This document shows positions 28,710 to 38,362 of a DNA stretch of 64,000 nt, one piece after another; positions within the stretch are counted from its first letter, which is position 1; every line of letters starts with the position of its first letter. The notes below the pieces were generated by a model. It did no database searches, had not been told where the DNA came from, and was given only the letters and a program-made list of their open reading frames with translations. A program made the position numbers and the translations under genes. Origin of the DNA: a bacterium (GTDB lineage Bacteria > UBA8248 > JACPRG01 > G963555815); NCBI GenBank assembly GCA_965218795.1, contig OZ244653.1, positions 1,472,001-1,536,000 on the forward strand, read 5' to 3'.

Positions 28710-28883
28710 CTGCTGATCAGGGAGGCGGAGTTTGGGCGCATGGCCGCGCTCAAGGGCGGAATGATCGCCTCCACTCCCCTTGAGGGGGTGATGGGCGGAC
28801 TGAACCTCGTCAACGTCGAGACCCAATATGACGTCGAGGGGCTGAGATCCGCCAACCGGATGTTCGGCCCGGACGGTCGCTGA
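28710..28883 (+). pseudogene. 3' remnant of an ATP/PPi 6-phosphofructokinase-like gene
   Basis: Manual translation LLIREAEFGRMAALKGGMIASTPLEGVMGGLNLVN resembles PfkA C-termini; no 5' part. Confidence 0.5.
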
Positions 28884-29063
28884 TCAGGATGTGGTAACCC
28901 GCCCGGCCAGTATCTCGCTTCACGCCCTGAGCAGCCGAAAACATATGCAAAGCCGGGCAATGCTTTCCGGCGTATCTCCCCTGAGTACGGCGCGGGGGTA
29001 GAATCGTGCCGAGGAAGAGATTCTTTCCCGGCCCTTATTGTCCGCTCACAGGGAGGAAAAACC

Positions 29064-29255
29064 ATGGATGGATGGACCAAAGCGGCCCTTTGGCTGATTG
29101 CCCTCGCGTTGTGGGGACTTCTGCTCCGGCCCCTTGTACTGCCGGAAAGCGTAAGCGCGGCCCGCGAAAAACTGGAGGTCAACATCGCCGAGGTCGGCGG
29201 CGCGAGGTTGAATTTCAACGGCCCCATACCGGTCGTAGCGGTTCAACCCAGATAG
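29064..29255 (+). CDS. Small single-TM/exported hypothetical protein (63 aa)
   Basis: Strong GGGAGG RBS; MDGWTKAALWLIALALWGLLLRP. Confidence 0.75.
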   Translation: MDGWTKAALWLIALALWGLLLRPLVLPESVSAAREKLEVNIAEVGGARLNFNGPIPVVAVQPR

Positions 29256-29330
29256 AGACGGGAAGCATCCTGAATTCTCCGTAGTCTGCCGGCATCCCCG
29301 GCAAGCGAATCCATTGACAAGGGAAGTCGA

Positions 29331-29590
29331 ATGGCGAAGACCAATGCGTTGACCGAGGAAAGCGTCGCAGGTCCTGGACAGCGATACGGCCTACTTCGAG
29401 TCCGGCGGCGGCCCCATCATCTTCATTCATGGCAATCCGATCCGCGCCTGCCTGTGGCGGAACGTTATTCCGCATATCGAAGGTCTCGGCCGCGTCCTCG
29501 CTCCGGACCGCATGGGGATGGGAAATTTCGGGAGGATGCCGAGCGGAATCTACCAGTACCTGGAGCATGCCGCTACCTGGATGCCTGCCC
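29331..29590 (+). pseudogene. Haloalkane dehalogenase 5' remnant (frameshifted, truncated)
   Basis: Manual frame VLDSDTAYFESGGGPIIFIHGNPIRACLWRNVIPHIEGLGRVLAPDRMGMG matches the HGNP...LWRN..PH...APD.IGMG pattern. Confidence 0.8.
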
Positions 29591-29639
29591 CTCTGCCGGC
29601 TCAACCAGAACAGAAAGACGGGTCAAACAGGACGCTGGC

Positions 29640-29709
29640 GGCATGACCGATCATCCGGAATACACCTTCACTCGGCCGCCTAACTGTCCAAGATAGTGGG
29701 ACCACCTCA
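29640..29709 (+). mobile_element. Isolated IS3-family right end
   Basis: AACTGTCCAAGATAGTGGGACCACCTCA, ending in CA, resembles IS3-family terminal IRs; preceded by a GIHLHSAA* tail; lies at the truncation of the dehalogenase remnant. Confidence 0.5.
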
Positions 29710-29712
29710 CAG

Positions 29713-30579
29713 CTACGCCTGGACGAGCTCCCGGTAAGAAGGCTCGTGGTCGGGCCGCAGGCCGTGTCTTTTCATCCAGTCCGCCGCCCATTTGAATTCC
29801 TTCTCGGTATAAGCGTCGGGATAGACGTACGTGAGGCGCCGCAGACTCATGTCCTCGACCGAGAACTCCCCCCGAAGGTCGTCGGGAACGTCGCGCAGGA
29901 GGTAAGCCGCGTAGGTCCTGATGTCCCGATTGATCTCGTCCACCGCCCGCCGCAGCGCCCGGTACAGGGCCTCCCGGCTTTCCTTTCCGTAGTCCTCTGC
30001 GGTGTAGAGCAGACCCCGGTATTTTGTTTCAACCAGAATACGGCATCCCCGCGTTTCCGCCAGACTGATGAACGGCTCCATCAGATTCACGGCATCGACT
30101 TCTCCGGAGAGCAAAGCCCGGGTGCGGATGGCCGGTCCTCCGACGTGGTTGAGGACGATCTCATCGTCGGGCACATGCCCTTCCAGCATCTTGACCGCCG
30201 TGTAGTGAGAGCCGGTCTGGTCCTGAATGGCGACGGGGACGCCGGCCAAGTCGTCCGGCCGGTGATAAGGGGCGTCGCCCCGGACGCAAATCGCCATGGA
30301 CGTCACGCTCTCGCGCTTGCCCAGGATCAATCCGCCCCGCTCCCCGTCGGCAGCCCGCTTGATGACGCCCCACTCGCACTTGTTGTAGGCCTCGAGGCCT
30401 CCCGCCTCGTAATCGAGCGTCACGGGCCGCTCGAAGACCGGCGCGGGCTCCAGCGCGGGATCGGGCTCCCAAACCTCCACCTCAATCCCATCCTCCTTGA
30501 AATAACCCTTCTCAACGGCCACGTCCCAGGGAAGGGTGAATACCGTTCCTTCATTCGTGAAACGAATCTTGACAGCCAT
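29713..30579 (-). CDS. NitT/TauT (SsuA-like) ABC substrate-binding protein, no signal peptide, orphan
   Basis: LPWDVAVEKGYFKEDGIEVE, DLAGVPVA, TGSHY, ALLSGEVDA, EPF. Confidence 0.85.
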   Translation of the reverse strand: MAVKIRFTNEGTVFTLPWDVAVEKGYFKEDGIEVEVWEPDPALEPAPVFERPVTLDYEAGGLEAYNKCEWGVIKRAADGERGGLILGKRESVTSMAICVRGDAPYHRPDDLAGVPVAIQDQTGSHYTAVKMLEGHVPDDEIVLNHVGGPAIRTRALLSGEVDAVNLMEPFISLAETRGCRILVETKYRGLLYTAEDYGKESREALYRALRRAVDEINRDIRTYAAYLLRDVPDDLRGEFSVEDMSLRRLTYVYPDAYTEKEFKWAADWMKRHGLRPDHEPSYRELVQA

Positions 30580-30942
30580 TCGCGCGTCTCCCAACCAGCT
30601 TCCTCGAAACCTTCCTCGTCCACTCGATCGCCCGCCCAGACCCGAACCGGCGCCGAACGGGCGAAAACTCATCATTCACAAATATGCGCCAGCGCATCTG
30701 CAGGAAATTATAACCGATTCCGGTTTTCATTTGGATCACAGGCCGGACAGGAACCGGCCGTCAGCCCGCCCGGAGGATTCTGTACCGCGCAGCGCCGGCC
30801 GCGCGCCCCTGTGCCCGGCGGCAATTGCTCGAAAGTCCCCGTGTCCGTTTATCCGTTCGGTAACGGGGGACTCATCTTGCAAGAGATGACACGTTGGAAG
30901 GTGAAGCGGCGTTCATGTGAGGATACGGCTGTCAACGAGAAG

Positions 30943-30971
30943 CGCGGCGGGGCCTGAACGACCCCGCCGCG
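30943..30971 (-). terminator. Hairpin downstream of the porin gene
   Basis: Perfect 10-bp stem CGCGGCGGGG/CCCCGCCGCG. Confidence 0.6.
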
Positions 30972-30988
30972 GAAGCTGTCGTGATCAA

Positions 30989-32251
30989 CTAATAGAGTTG
31001 CGCTTTGAAGCCATACTTGATGCCCAGGCTGAGAGTATTGACCGTTTCCTTCCCCGGATTCTCGAAATCTTCCCGCAGATATTCAGCAAACACTCCCACA
31101 TTGCTCGTCAACGCCTTGAACAGCGTGAGATTCTGGCCGACCACTCCGGTTGAACCAGCACCGTCTACATCGTCATCATAGGCAAAAAAAGCCGCGAGGC
31201 CGGTGTAGCCGTTGCCGAAAGAGTAGGAAGCCAGCAAATCCAGCGTGTACTGCTCTTGATCCTCTGCATTCTCAGGGTCACGGACAATATTCTGGTAAGT
31301 AAAAGCAAGGTAGAGATCATCGGTCACATCCCAACTGCCACCGACGCCGAAATAGTCACGCTCAACTGTTTCACCCTCAGCTCGCAGGTAGGATACACCG
31401 AGATAAGCAGGCCCATAGCGGTAGCCTACGCCAAAAGACGCCGCATCCACGTGTCTTGGAGCTTTGGTACCGGTCGGCTTGCCGTCTACATCCATCACTG
31501 ATTCGTCGGATGGATTATGCCGATGCTCCCGCGGATCGTCTTTGCCGGCCGTCTTGCCGTTCACCTTCACGCCCATACCCACCTTGAAACCACCAATATT
31601 GTGGGCGTAGCTGATCTGGTTGTCGGTATAATACGGACCATCTTGAATATAGCCAAAGGGGCTGTTGAAGTTGTAGAAAACGTCGACCACGCCCGCAACA
31701 ATGCTGTAGTGCGGATCATACTGCGTGCCGATGAGGACGCTACCGTAGTCGGAGCTTTTCAAGCCTACATAAGCCAGTTTTCTCCTGCCAAGGTCGCCTT
31801 CATCATTGATGTTGACAGCCCATACACCCCTGAGCACCGCGGTGAGGGTATCGGTCACTTTGACATCCGCGGCGATACCGATCTTCGACCCCACATCGTA
31901 AACGTCCGTGGACGAGCCCTCCATTCCCACCCAGCGGTGGGAGTCAGCGTCACGATAGGTCAACGACGGCCAAAACGTACCGTCAAGATAGACATTGGCA
32001 GCATCGTCCTTTTTCCGGATTGGCGCAGCCTTGACAACTTCCTCGAGTTTCTCCCGCCCCTGCCTTGCCTCCTCCAGCGCCTGTCTCGCCTCCTCCAGGG
32101 TCTGTCTCGTCTTCTCCAGGGTCTGTTCAAGCCTGTTGATACGGGTTTCCAACTCTTCCAGCGTCGCCGCATTGACAACCACCGGGAACGACAGAGCCAA
32201 AACAACGCACAACAAGCAATTCGTGAGAATTTTCTGAACAAAACCCATCAT
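30989..32251 (-). CDS. Gram-negative porin with N-terminal coiled coil
   Basis: Signal peptide, amphipathic beta strands, SKIG...RKLAYVGL...YGSVLIG, terminal LSLGIKYGF. Confidence 0.88.
   Translation of the reverse strand: MMGFVQKILTNCLLCVVLALSFPVVVNAATLEELETRINRLEQTLEKTRQTLEEARQALEEARQGREKLEEVVKAAPIRKKDDAANVYLDGTFWPSLTYRDADSHRWVGMEGSSTDVYDVGSKIGIAADVKVTDTLTAVLRGVWAVNINDEGDLGRRKLAYVGLKSSDYGSVLIGTQYDPHYSIVAGVVDVFYNFNSPFGYIQDGPYYTDNQISYAHNIGGFKVGMGVKVNGKTAGKDDPREHRHNPSDESVMDVDGKPTGTKAPRHVDAASFGVGYRYGPAYLGVSYLRAEGETVERDYFGVGGSWDVTDDLYLAFTYQNIVRDPENAEDQEQYTLDLLASYSFGNGYTGLAAFFAYDDDVDGAGSTGVVGQNLTLFKALTSNVGVFAEYLREDFENPGKETVNTLSLGIKYGFKAQLY
32057..32119. repeat. Three degenerate 21-bp tandem repeats encoding heptads (LEKTRQT/LEEARQA/LEEARQG)
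   Basis: cccctgccttgcctcctccag / cgcctgtctcgcctcctccag / ggtctgtctcgtcttctccag. Confidence 0.8.
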
Positions 32252-32618
32252 TCCATTACCCCCCCCAGAAAATAATGTGTATGACATAGGTTTCTTTCCG
32301 AACCACTTCCCGTTGCCCAAAATCGGGGTTGTTTGCGCCATCCCTGTAAGAGTCAGTCAATCGATCTCCACGGCGGGAAGTCGCCCGTGTTCTGCCGGAT
32401 TCGTCGATCTTCAACCAGCAATTTGCTAATTTCACCAAACGAGGGCTAAAATGTCAACAGAATTATCTTTGGTAGTAAATCGTTGGGGATCGGCTTCGCC
32501 GAAATCGCCCGAACACAGAGCCAGCACGGCAGGAGCGACCGTTCGCCCTCGGCAGTTGCTCCGGACCAACCCTTCTCTTATGACGTGACGCGCAGAACAC
32601 CCAAAGGAGGATTCAGTG

Positions 32619-33653
32619 ATGAAACTCAAAGCTCTTACGCTCGCCGTCGTCGTCGCGCTCGGCATGGCGGGGGCCGCCGTCGCGCCCGGCAAGGCGGAAG
32701 CCGTCTGCAAGGTCCATATCGGCGACCTCAACTGGGACAGCGCCAATTTCCACGACCAAGTGGTCGCCTTCATCCTGAAGCACGGATATGGCTGCGAGGT
32801 GAATCTGACCTATGGCGGCACCCTCCCGATCATGGCGGCGCATTACCAGCAGAAGAACGACCTGATCATGGAGCTCTGGTACGACAACGTGAAGGACCAA
32901 TACGACGACGCCAGGAAAAACGGCAAGGTCCGGATGCTGAGCGCCAACACGCCGGACAGCGAGCAGGGCTGGTACATCCCGCGCTACGTCCAGGAGGCGA
33001 ACCCGGGCCTCCGGTCGGTCCATGACCTGCCGAAGTACAAGCACCTGTTCACGGATCCCGAGGAGCCTTCGAAGGGGCGTTTCGTGAACTGCATCCCCGG
33101 CTGGTCCTGCGAGGTCATCAACTCGGTCAAGCTGCGCGCCTACGGGCTCGAGGAGAGCTTCACCAATTTCCGGCCGGGCTCGGGCGGCGCGCTCGCGGCG
33201 GCGATCAAGGGCGCCTATCTCAAGAAGAAACCGGTGCTCGCCTATTACTGGGTGCCAACGTCGCTTCAAGGTCAGCTCGATCTCGTCAAGCTCGAAGAGC
33301 CGGAATGGAACCAGGCCGATTGGAACGAGATGATGAAGCACGTCCTCGCGGTCAAGAAGGACGGCGAGGAAGCCATGGGCAACCCGACCAAGGCGACGGC
33401 CTACCGGACCATGGAGCTGCCGAAGTCGGTCAGCACCAGGTTAGCGACCCAAAACCCCGAGATCATCGCCTTCATCGAGAAGTACACCCTGCCGTCGAAT
33501 GCGGTCTCGCAGGTGCTGTTCTATCTCGAGAACGAGGCGAACGGCGACGCCAAGGACACCGCCATCCACTTCCTCAAGACCAATGACGTCTGGAAAGGCT
33601 GGGTTCCGGCCGACGTCGCCAGGAAAGTCGAAGCGGCGCTCGCCTCGGCCTGA
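32619..33653 (+). CDS. proX: Glycine betaine/proline ABC transporter substrate-binding protein
   Basis: Signal peptide, DLNWDSA, GWYIP, CIPGWSCE, YYWVPT. Confidence 0.9.
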   Translation: MKLKALTLAVVVALGMAGAAVAPGKAEAVCKVHIGDLNWDSANFHDQVVAFILKHGYGCEVNLTYGGTLPIMAAHYQQKNDLIMELWYDNVKDQYDDARKNGKVRMLSANTPDSEQGWYIPRYVQEANPGLRSVHDLPKYKHLFTDPEEPSKGRFVNCIPGWSCEVINSVKLRAYGLEESFTNFRPGSGGALAAAIKGAYLKKKPVLAYYWVPTSLQGQLDLVKLEEPEWNQADWNEMMKHVLAVKKDGEEAMGNPTKATAYRTMELPKSVSTRLATQNPEIIAFIEKYTLPSNAVSQVLFYLENEANGDAKDTAIHFLKTNDVWKGWVPADVARKVEAALASA

Positions 33654-33717
33654 GGCGCGCCCGCGCGGCGCCCTCCTCCGGGAGGCGCCGCATCGCATTC
33701 GTGAGGAGGTGTTCATC

Positions 33718-34617
33718 GTGGAATTACTGCGCAGCCTGTTGCCCGACTGGGCGGTCGAATGGCCGAAGAGCCTGAACCTGCCGCTCAACAGTTGGACCAA
33801 CGATTTCGTGCGATGGCTGGTCACGGAGTACGGCATCGTCTTCGAGGCCGTTTCCAATTCCATCCTCGCGGTGTTGGTCGGCCTCGAGCATTTCCTGCGC
33901 GACCTGCCCTGGACCGTCACGTTGCTGGGCGTGGTCGCGCTCACCTATCTTTCCAGCGGCCGCAAGTGGGGCGTGACCGCGCTCGTGGGCGGCTCTCTGC
34001 TGTTGATGGGCGTCGTCGATCCCAAGCTCTGGGACTCCGCGATGATGACCCTCTCGGTGATGCTGGTCTCGACCCTGATCTGCATCGTCGTCGGCATCCC
34101 GATCGGCATCGTCCTGTCCCACGGCGACCGTCTCCGGCACATCGTGCTGCCCGTGCTCGATCTGATGCAGACCATGCCGAGCTTCGTCTATCTCATTCCG
34201 GCGATCATGCTCTTCGGCCTCGGGGCGGTGCCGGCCGTGTTCGCCACCGTGATCTACGCGATTCCGCCGGTCATCCGCTTGACCGACCTCGGCATCCGCC
34301 TCGTCGACAAGGAGGTGGCCGAGGCTTCGGACTCCATGGGCGCAAGCCGCAGGCAGAAGCTGATCGGCGTGCAGATACCGATGGCGCTCCCCAACATCAT
34401 GCAGGGTCTCAACCAGACGACGATGATGGCGCTGGCGATGGTCGTGATCGCCTCGATGATAGGAACCCGCGGGCTCGGCAACGAGGTGTTGCTCGGCTTG
34501 CAGCAACTCAACGTCGGACGTGCGCTCGAAGCGGGCGTGGCGATTGTGCTGCTCGCCATCGTCATGGACCGGTCGACCCAGGCCTACGGCAGGCGGCTCA
34601 TCAAGGCCGCCGGATGA
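33718..34617 (+). CDS. proW: Glycine betaine/proline ABC permease
   Basis: LDLMQTMPSFVYLIP, IRLTDLGIR, NQTTMMALAMVVIASMIG. Confidence 0.95.
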   Translation: MELLRSLLPDWAVEWPKSLNLPLNSWTNDFVRWLVTEYGIVFEAVSNSILAVLVGLEHFLRDLPWTVTLLGVVALTYLSSGRKWGVTALVGGSLLLMGVVDPKLWDSAMMTLSVMLVSTLICIVVGIPIGIVLSHGDRLRHIVLPVLDLMQTMPSFVYLIPAIMLFGLGAVPAVFATVIYAIPPVIRLTDLGIRLVDKEVAEASDSMGASRRQKLIGVQIPMALPNIMQGLNQTTMMALAMVVIASMIGTRGLGNEVLLGLQQLNVGRALEAGVAIVLLAIVMDRSTQAYGRRLIKAAG

Positions 34618-34627
34618 GAGCAGGACG

Positions 34628-35680
34628 ATGGCGCTGATCGAGCTCCGGAACGTCTACAAGATCTTCGGGGAGTCCCCGGCCATCGCGATGAACATGGCCG
34701 GGGACGGGGCCGACAAGAGAGAAGTGCTGGCCGAGACCGGATGCACGCTCGCCCTGCGAGACGTCAACCTCTCCGTCGAGCGCGGCGAAACCTTTGTAGT
34801 GATGGGCCTTTCCGGCTGCGGCAAATCCACCTTGCTCCGCCATATCAACCGGCTGATCGACCCGACCGCCGGTCAGGTGGTGGTCGACGGACAGGACGTG
34901 ATCCAACTCGCCCGGAAAGAACTGGTCGCGTTCCGCCGCAAGACCGCGAGCATGGTCTTTCAGCATTTCGCGCTCTTCCCCCACAAGACGGTGACGGAGA
35001 ACACGGCATACGGCCTCGAAGTCCAGGGGGTGGCGCGCGAGGAGCGCATCCGGCGCGCGCGGCGATGGATTGAGAGCGTCGGGCTCACGGGCTACGAGGA
35101 TGCGTACCCACACCAGCTCTCGGGCGGCATGCAGCAACGGGTGGGCCTGGCGCGGGCGCTCTGCATGGACGCCGAGATCCTGCTCATGGACGAGCCCTTC
35201 AGCGCCCTCGATCCGCTCATCCGCAATCAGATGCAGGACCAGTTGATCGAGCTCGAGCGCGAACTTCACAAGACCATCGTATTCATCACCCACGACCTGG
35301 ACGAGGCACTCAAGATGGGCGACCACGTCGCCATCCTGAAGGACGGCATTGTGGAACAGGCCGGCGGCCCGGAGGAGATCCTGCTGAATCCGGCCACAGA
35401 CTACGTGCGCGAGTTCGTGAAGGACGTGAACCACAGCCGCGTGGTGACGGCGGGTACGATCATGACGCCGCCGAACGGCGCGGAGGGCGGGCCGACCGTC
35501 ACGCGCGCCACGGTCATCCGGGACCTGCTGCCGAAGTGCCTGGAGAACGAGACACCGCTGCGGGTGATCGAAGACGACGGCTCCGTGGTCGGCGCCGTCT
35601 CGCGAGAGACCGTCCTGCGCGCTCTCGCCAAGCAGCCCGGGCCGGCTCTCCTCAGTGACCCCCGTCTGGTTCAACCATGA
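34628..35680 (+). CDS. proV: Glycine betaine/proline ABC ATPase
   Basis: GLSGCGKS, LSGGMQQRVGLARA, MDEPFSALDPLIR; shortened CBS tail. Confidence 0.95.
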   Translation: MALIELRNVYKIFGESPAIAMNMAGDGADKREVLAETGCTLALRDVNLSVERGETFVVMGLSGCGKSTLLRHINRLIDPTAGQVVVDGQDVIQLARKELVAFRRKTASMVFQHFALFPHKTVTENTAYGLEVQGVAREERIRRARRWIESVGLTGYEDAYPHQLSGGMQQRVGLARALCMDAEILLMDEPFSALDPLIRNQMQDQLIELERELHKTIVFITHDLDEALKMGDHVAILKDGIVEQAGGPEEILLNPATDYVREFVKDVNHSRVVTAGTIMTPPNGAEGGPTVTRATVIRDLLPKCLENETPLRVIEDDGSVVGAVSRETVLRALAKQPGPALLSDPRLVQP

Positions 35681-35930
35681 CGGCAAGTTCACCCATGTGA
35701 ACCCTGCGCGAGGGACTCGCAAGGACGCGAAACATGAGGCGGGACCATCGGACGGCCCTCTCTATTTTGGGTCCCGACGACGACTTTCGATATCTCGAGA
35801 GCCGGGCCCGCGTCGTGAAAATCCGCGAGAAACCGGACGGGTTCAAAAACACACGGGATACGACAACTACGGCGGATCCGGCGAGATTCGGGTCATGTAC
35901 GAAATTTTGCCGGAGCGAGCGACTGACCCG
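35641..35930 (+). pseudogene. PPOX-class F420-dependent oxidoreductase remnant (multiple frameshifts)
   Basis: Fragments GSPQ/TPVWFNHDG..VNPARG..KD / MRRDHRTALSILGPDDDFRYLE / GEIRVMYEILPER in shifting frames. Confidence 0.75.
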
Positions 35931-36050
35931 CCTCCCTCGTTGAGCCCGAGATGAAATGATATAATGGGGCTTGCGCTTGGCCGGGAGCGCGCCCGCGTAC
36001 CCGCACGATACATTGGATACCACAGGCATCGGATCGTTATGTAGCAGAAT

Positions 36051-38252
36051 ATGGCGCCCAAAGAACCGCTCAAGATACCCACCCTGCCCTTTGAAAACCT
36101 TCTACTGCCCGATTCCTTTCAGGAACTGGACGATCTGGCTTTCAACCTCCTATGGATTTGGACGGCCAAGACCAGGGCCCTTTTCCGCCGCGTCGAATGG
36201 CGCAACTTGAAACCGAAACGCCAAAACCCCGTCGAACAAATCCTCGGCCACGACTGGCACGAATGGGAAACCCTGATCGCGGACCCGGCCTTCGAGGAGA
36301 GCTATCAAGAAGCTCTCCAAGGGCTGCATCAATACATGAGCGGCCTTGAAGCCTCCTGGTTTCACAAGCGCTACGGAGACCCGGATACCGGACCCATCGC
36401 CTACTTTTCGATGGAGTACGGCCTTCACGACTGTCTCCAGCTTTACAGCGGCGGCCTCGGTGTCCTGTCCGGCGACCATTTAAAGGCCGCGAGCGACCTT
36501 GGAATCCCTCTCGTCGCCGTCGGCCTGCTCTATACACGCGGGTATTTCTACCAAGAGATCGGTCTGGAGGGGAGGCAACAGCACATCTATCCGAATTATG
36601 ATTTCTCGCGCCTCCCGATTCGCACGGTCAAGGCCCCACAGGGCGGCCCGCTCCTGGTTCCGGTCGAGTTCCCCGGCCGGACCGTTCATGCAAAGGTCTG
36701 GAAAGTTCAGGTGGGACGCGTGCCTCTACTCCTCCTCGACACCGACATCCGCGAAAACGATCCCGCCGATCGGTCCATCACCGGCCAGCTTTATGTCGCG
36801 GGCCGGGAAATGCGGCTCTGCCAGGAAATCGTCCTGGGCATCGGCGGCGTCCGGGCCCTCCGGGCCCTTGGGATCAAGCCCTCGGCCTGGCATCTCAACG
36901 AGGGGCACTCTGCCCTCCTCTGCCTGGAAAGGATCCGGGAGTTCGTGGACGAAGGCCGAAGCCGGGAGGAAGCCGCTGAAGAGGTGAGGGCCACCACCGC
37001 CTTTACCACCCACACGCCCGTTCCCGCCGGACAGGAACAATTCGACCGGGATCTGATGGAATGCCATCTCGCGCCTTTTACCGCGGGAACCGATTTGGAC
37101 AGCGCGGAGCTTCTGGCATTGGGCTCGCCCGTTCCGGAGCAAAAGGACATCTCTTCCTTCAGCCTGACCGCCCTCGCCCTCCGCCTCTCGGCCTACGCCA
37201 ACGGCGTCAGCGCGCTCCACGGAGAGGTCAGCCGAAGCATGTTCGGCTCCATACGCGATGAGACCCCCGAGGCTACGCCACCCATCGCCCATATCACCAA
37301 CGGGATACACGCGCCCACCTGGATCGGCCGGGACATCCGGCGGCTGCTGGACTCCCCGGACGGGGGCGATTGGACCGAGCTCTTTCACGACGGTGCCCGC
37401 GGCTGGGAGCGAGCCGTTGAACAGCTCCCCGACGAGGATCTCTGGACGGCCCACCAAAGCCAGAAGGACCGGCTCTTCCGGGTCGTTCGCCAGCAGGTCA
37501 GCGACCAGATGGCGCGTCACGGCGCCGGGCCGGACGAGTTACGGGCCACCCGGGAAATGTTTTCGCAGGAAATCTTCACGATCGGATTCGCGCGGCGGTT
37601 CGCCACGTACAAACGGGCCGAACTTCTGTTCAGCGATCCGGACCGACTGCACGCGCTCGTCAACGACGAAGACCGTCCCGTCCAGATCCTCTACTCGGGC
37701 AAGTCGCACCCGGCCGACGGGCCGGGGCAGGAAACCCTCCGCAGTGTTTATCAATTTTCGAAGGACCCCTCCTTCTCCGGCCGGATCGCGGTGTTGGAGA
37801 ACTACACCATGCGGCTTGGCCGCCTCCTCGTCGGGGGCGTCGACCTCTGGCTGAACACCCCACGGCGTCCCCATGAAGCTTCGGGGACCAGCGGGATGAA
37901 AGCGGCCCTGAACGGCGTCATCCATTGCAGCGTTCTGGACGGCTGGTGGGATGAGGGGTATGACGGGGAAACCGGATGGGCCGTCGGAGACAGGGAGGAG
38001 TTCGCTTCGGAGGAAGAGCAGGACCGGCACGATGCCGACTCCCTTTACGATCTCCTCGAAAACTCCATTCTCCCCCTTTACTATGAGCGCAACGAACAAG
38101 GCCTCCCCCGGGGCTGGCTGGAGATGATGAAAACCTCGATGGCCAGACTGGCGGTACGGTTCAGCGCAGACCGGATGGTCCGGGATTATACCGAGCAGGC
38201 ATATGTCCCCCTCGCCGGCGTCCCCCCGCAAGAGAGAAACCAAGCGTCTTGA
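36051..38252 (+). CDS. glgP: Alpha-glucan phosphorylase
   Basis: AYFSMEYG, YSGGLGVLSGDH, HLNEGH, FTTHTPVPAG, ARRFATYKR, EASGTSGMK. Confidence 0.97.
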   Translation: MAPKEPLKIPTLPFENLLLPDSFQELDDLAFNLLWIWTAKTRALFRRVEWRNLKPKRQNPVEQILGHDWHEWETLIADPAFEESYQEALQGLHQYMSGLEASWFHKRYGDPDTGPIAYFSMEYGLHDCLQLYSGGLGVLSGDHLKAASDLGIPLVAVGLLYTRGYFYQEIGLEGRQQHIYPNYDFSRLPIRTVKAPQGGPLLVPVEFPGRTVHAKVWKVQVGRVPLLLLDTDIRENDPADRSITGQLYVAGREMRLCQEIVLGIGGVRALRALGIKPSAWHLNEGHSALLCLERIREFVDEGRSREEAAEEVRATTAFTTHTPVPAGQEQFDRDLMECHLAPFTAGTDLDSAELLALGSPVPEQKDISSFSLTALALRLSAYANGVSALHGEVSRSMFGSIRDETPEATPPIAHITNGIHAPTWIGRDIRRLLDSPDGGDWTELFHDGARGWERAVEQLPDEDLWTAHQSQKDRLFRVVRQQVSDQMARHGAGPDELRATREMFSQEIFTIGFARRFATYKRAELLFSDPDRLHALVNDEDRPVQILYSGKSHPADGPGQETLRSVYQFSKDPSFSGRIAVLENYTMRLGRLLVGGVDLWLNTPRRPHEASGTSGMKAALNGVIHCSVLDGWWDEGYDGETGWAVGDREEFASEEEQDRHDADSLYDLLENSILPLYYERNEQGLPRGWLEMMKTSMARLAVRFSADRMVRDYTEQAYVPLAGVPPQERNQAS

Positions 38253-38362
38253 ATGGAAGGCGCCGCACATCGGCCTGAGACAGCCGGTTCCCCCCATATC
38301 GGCTTTCCCCGAACATGATGAATGAAGGTCATGACAACTCCGTTTCGTCCACTGGAATTTAT

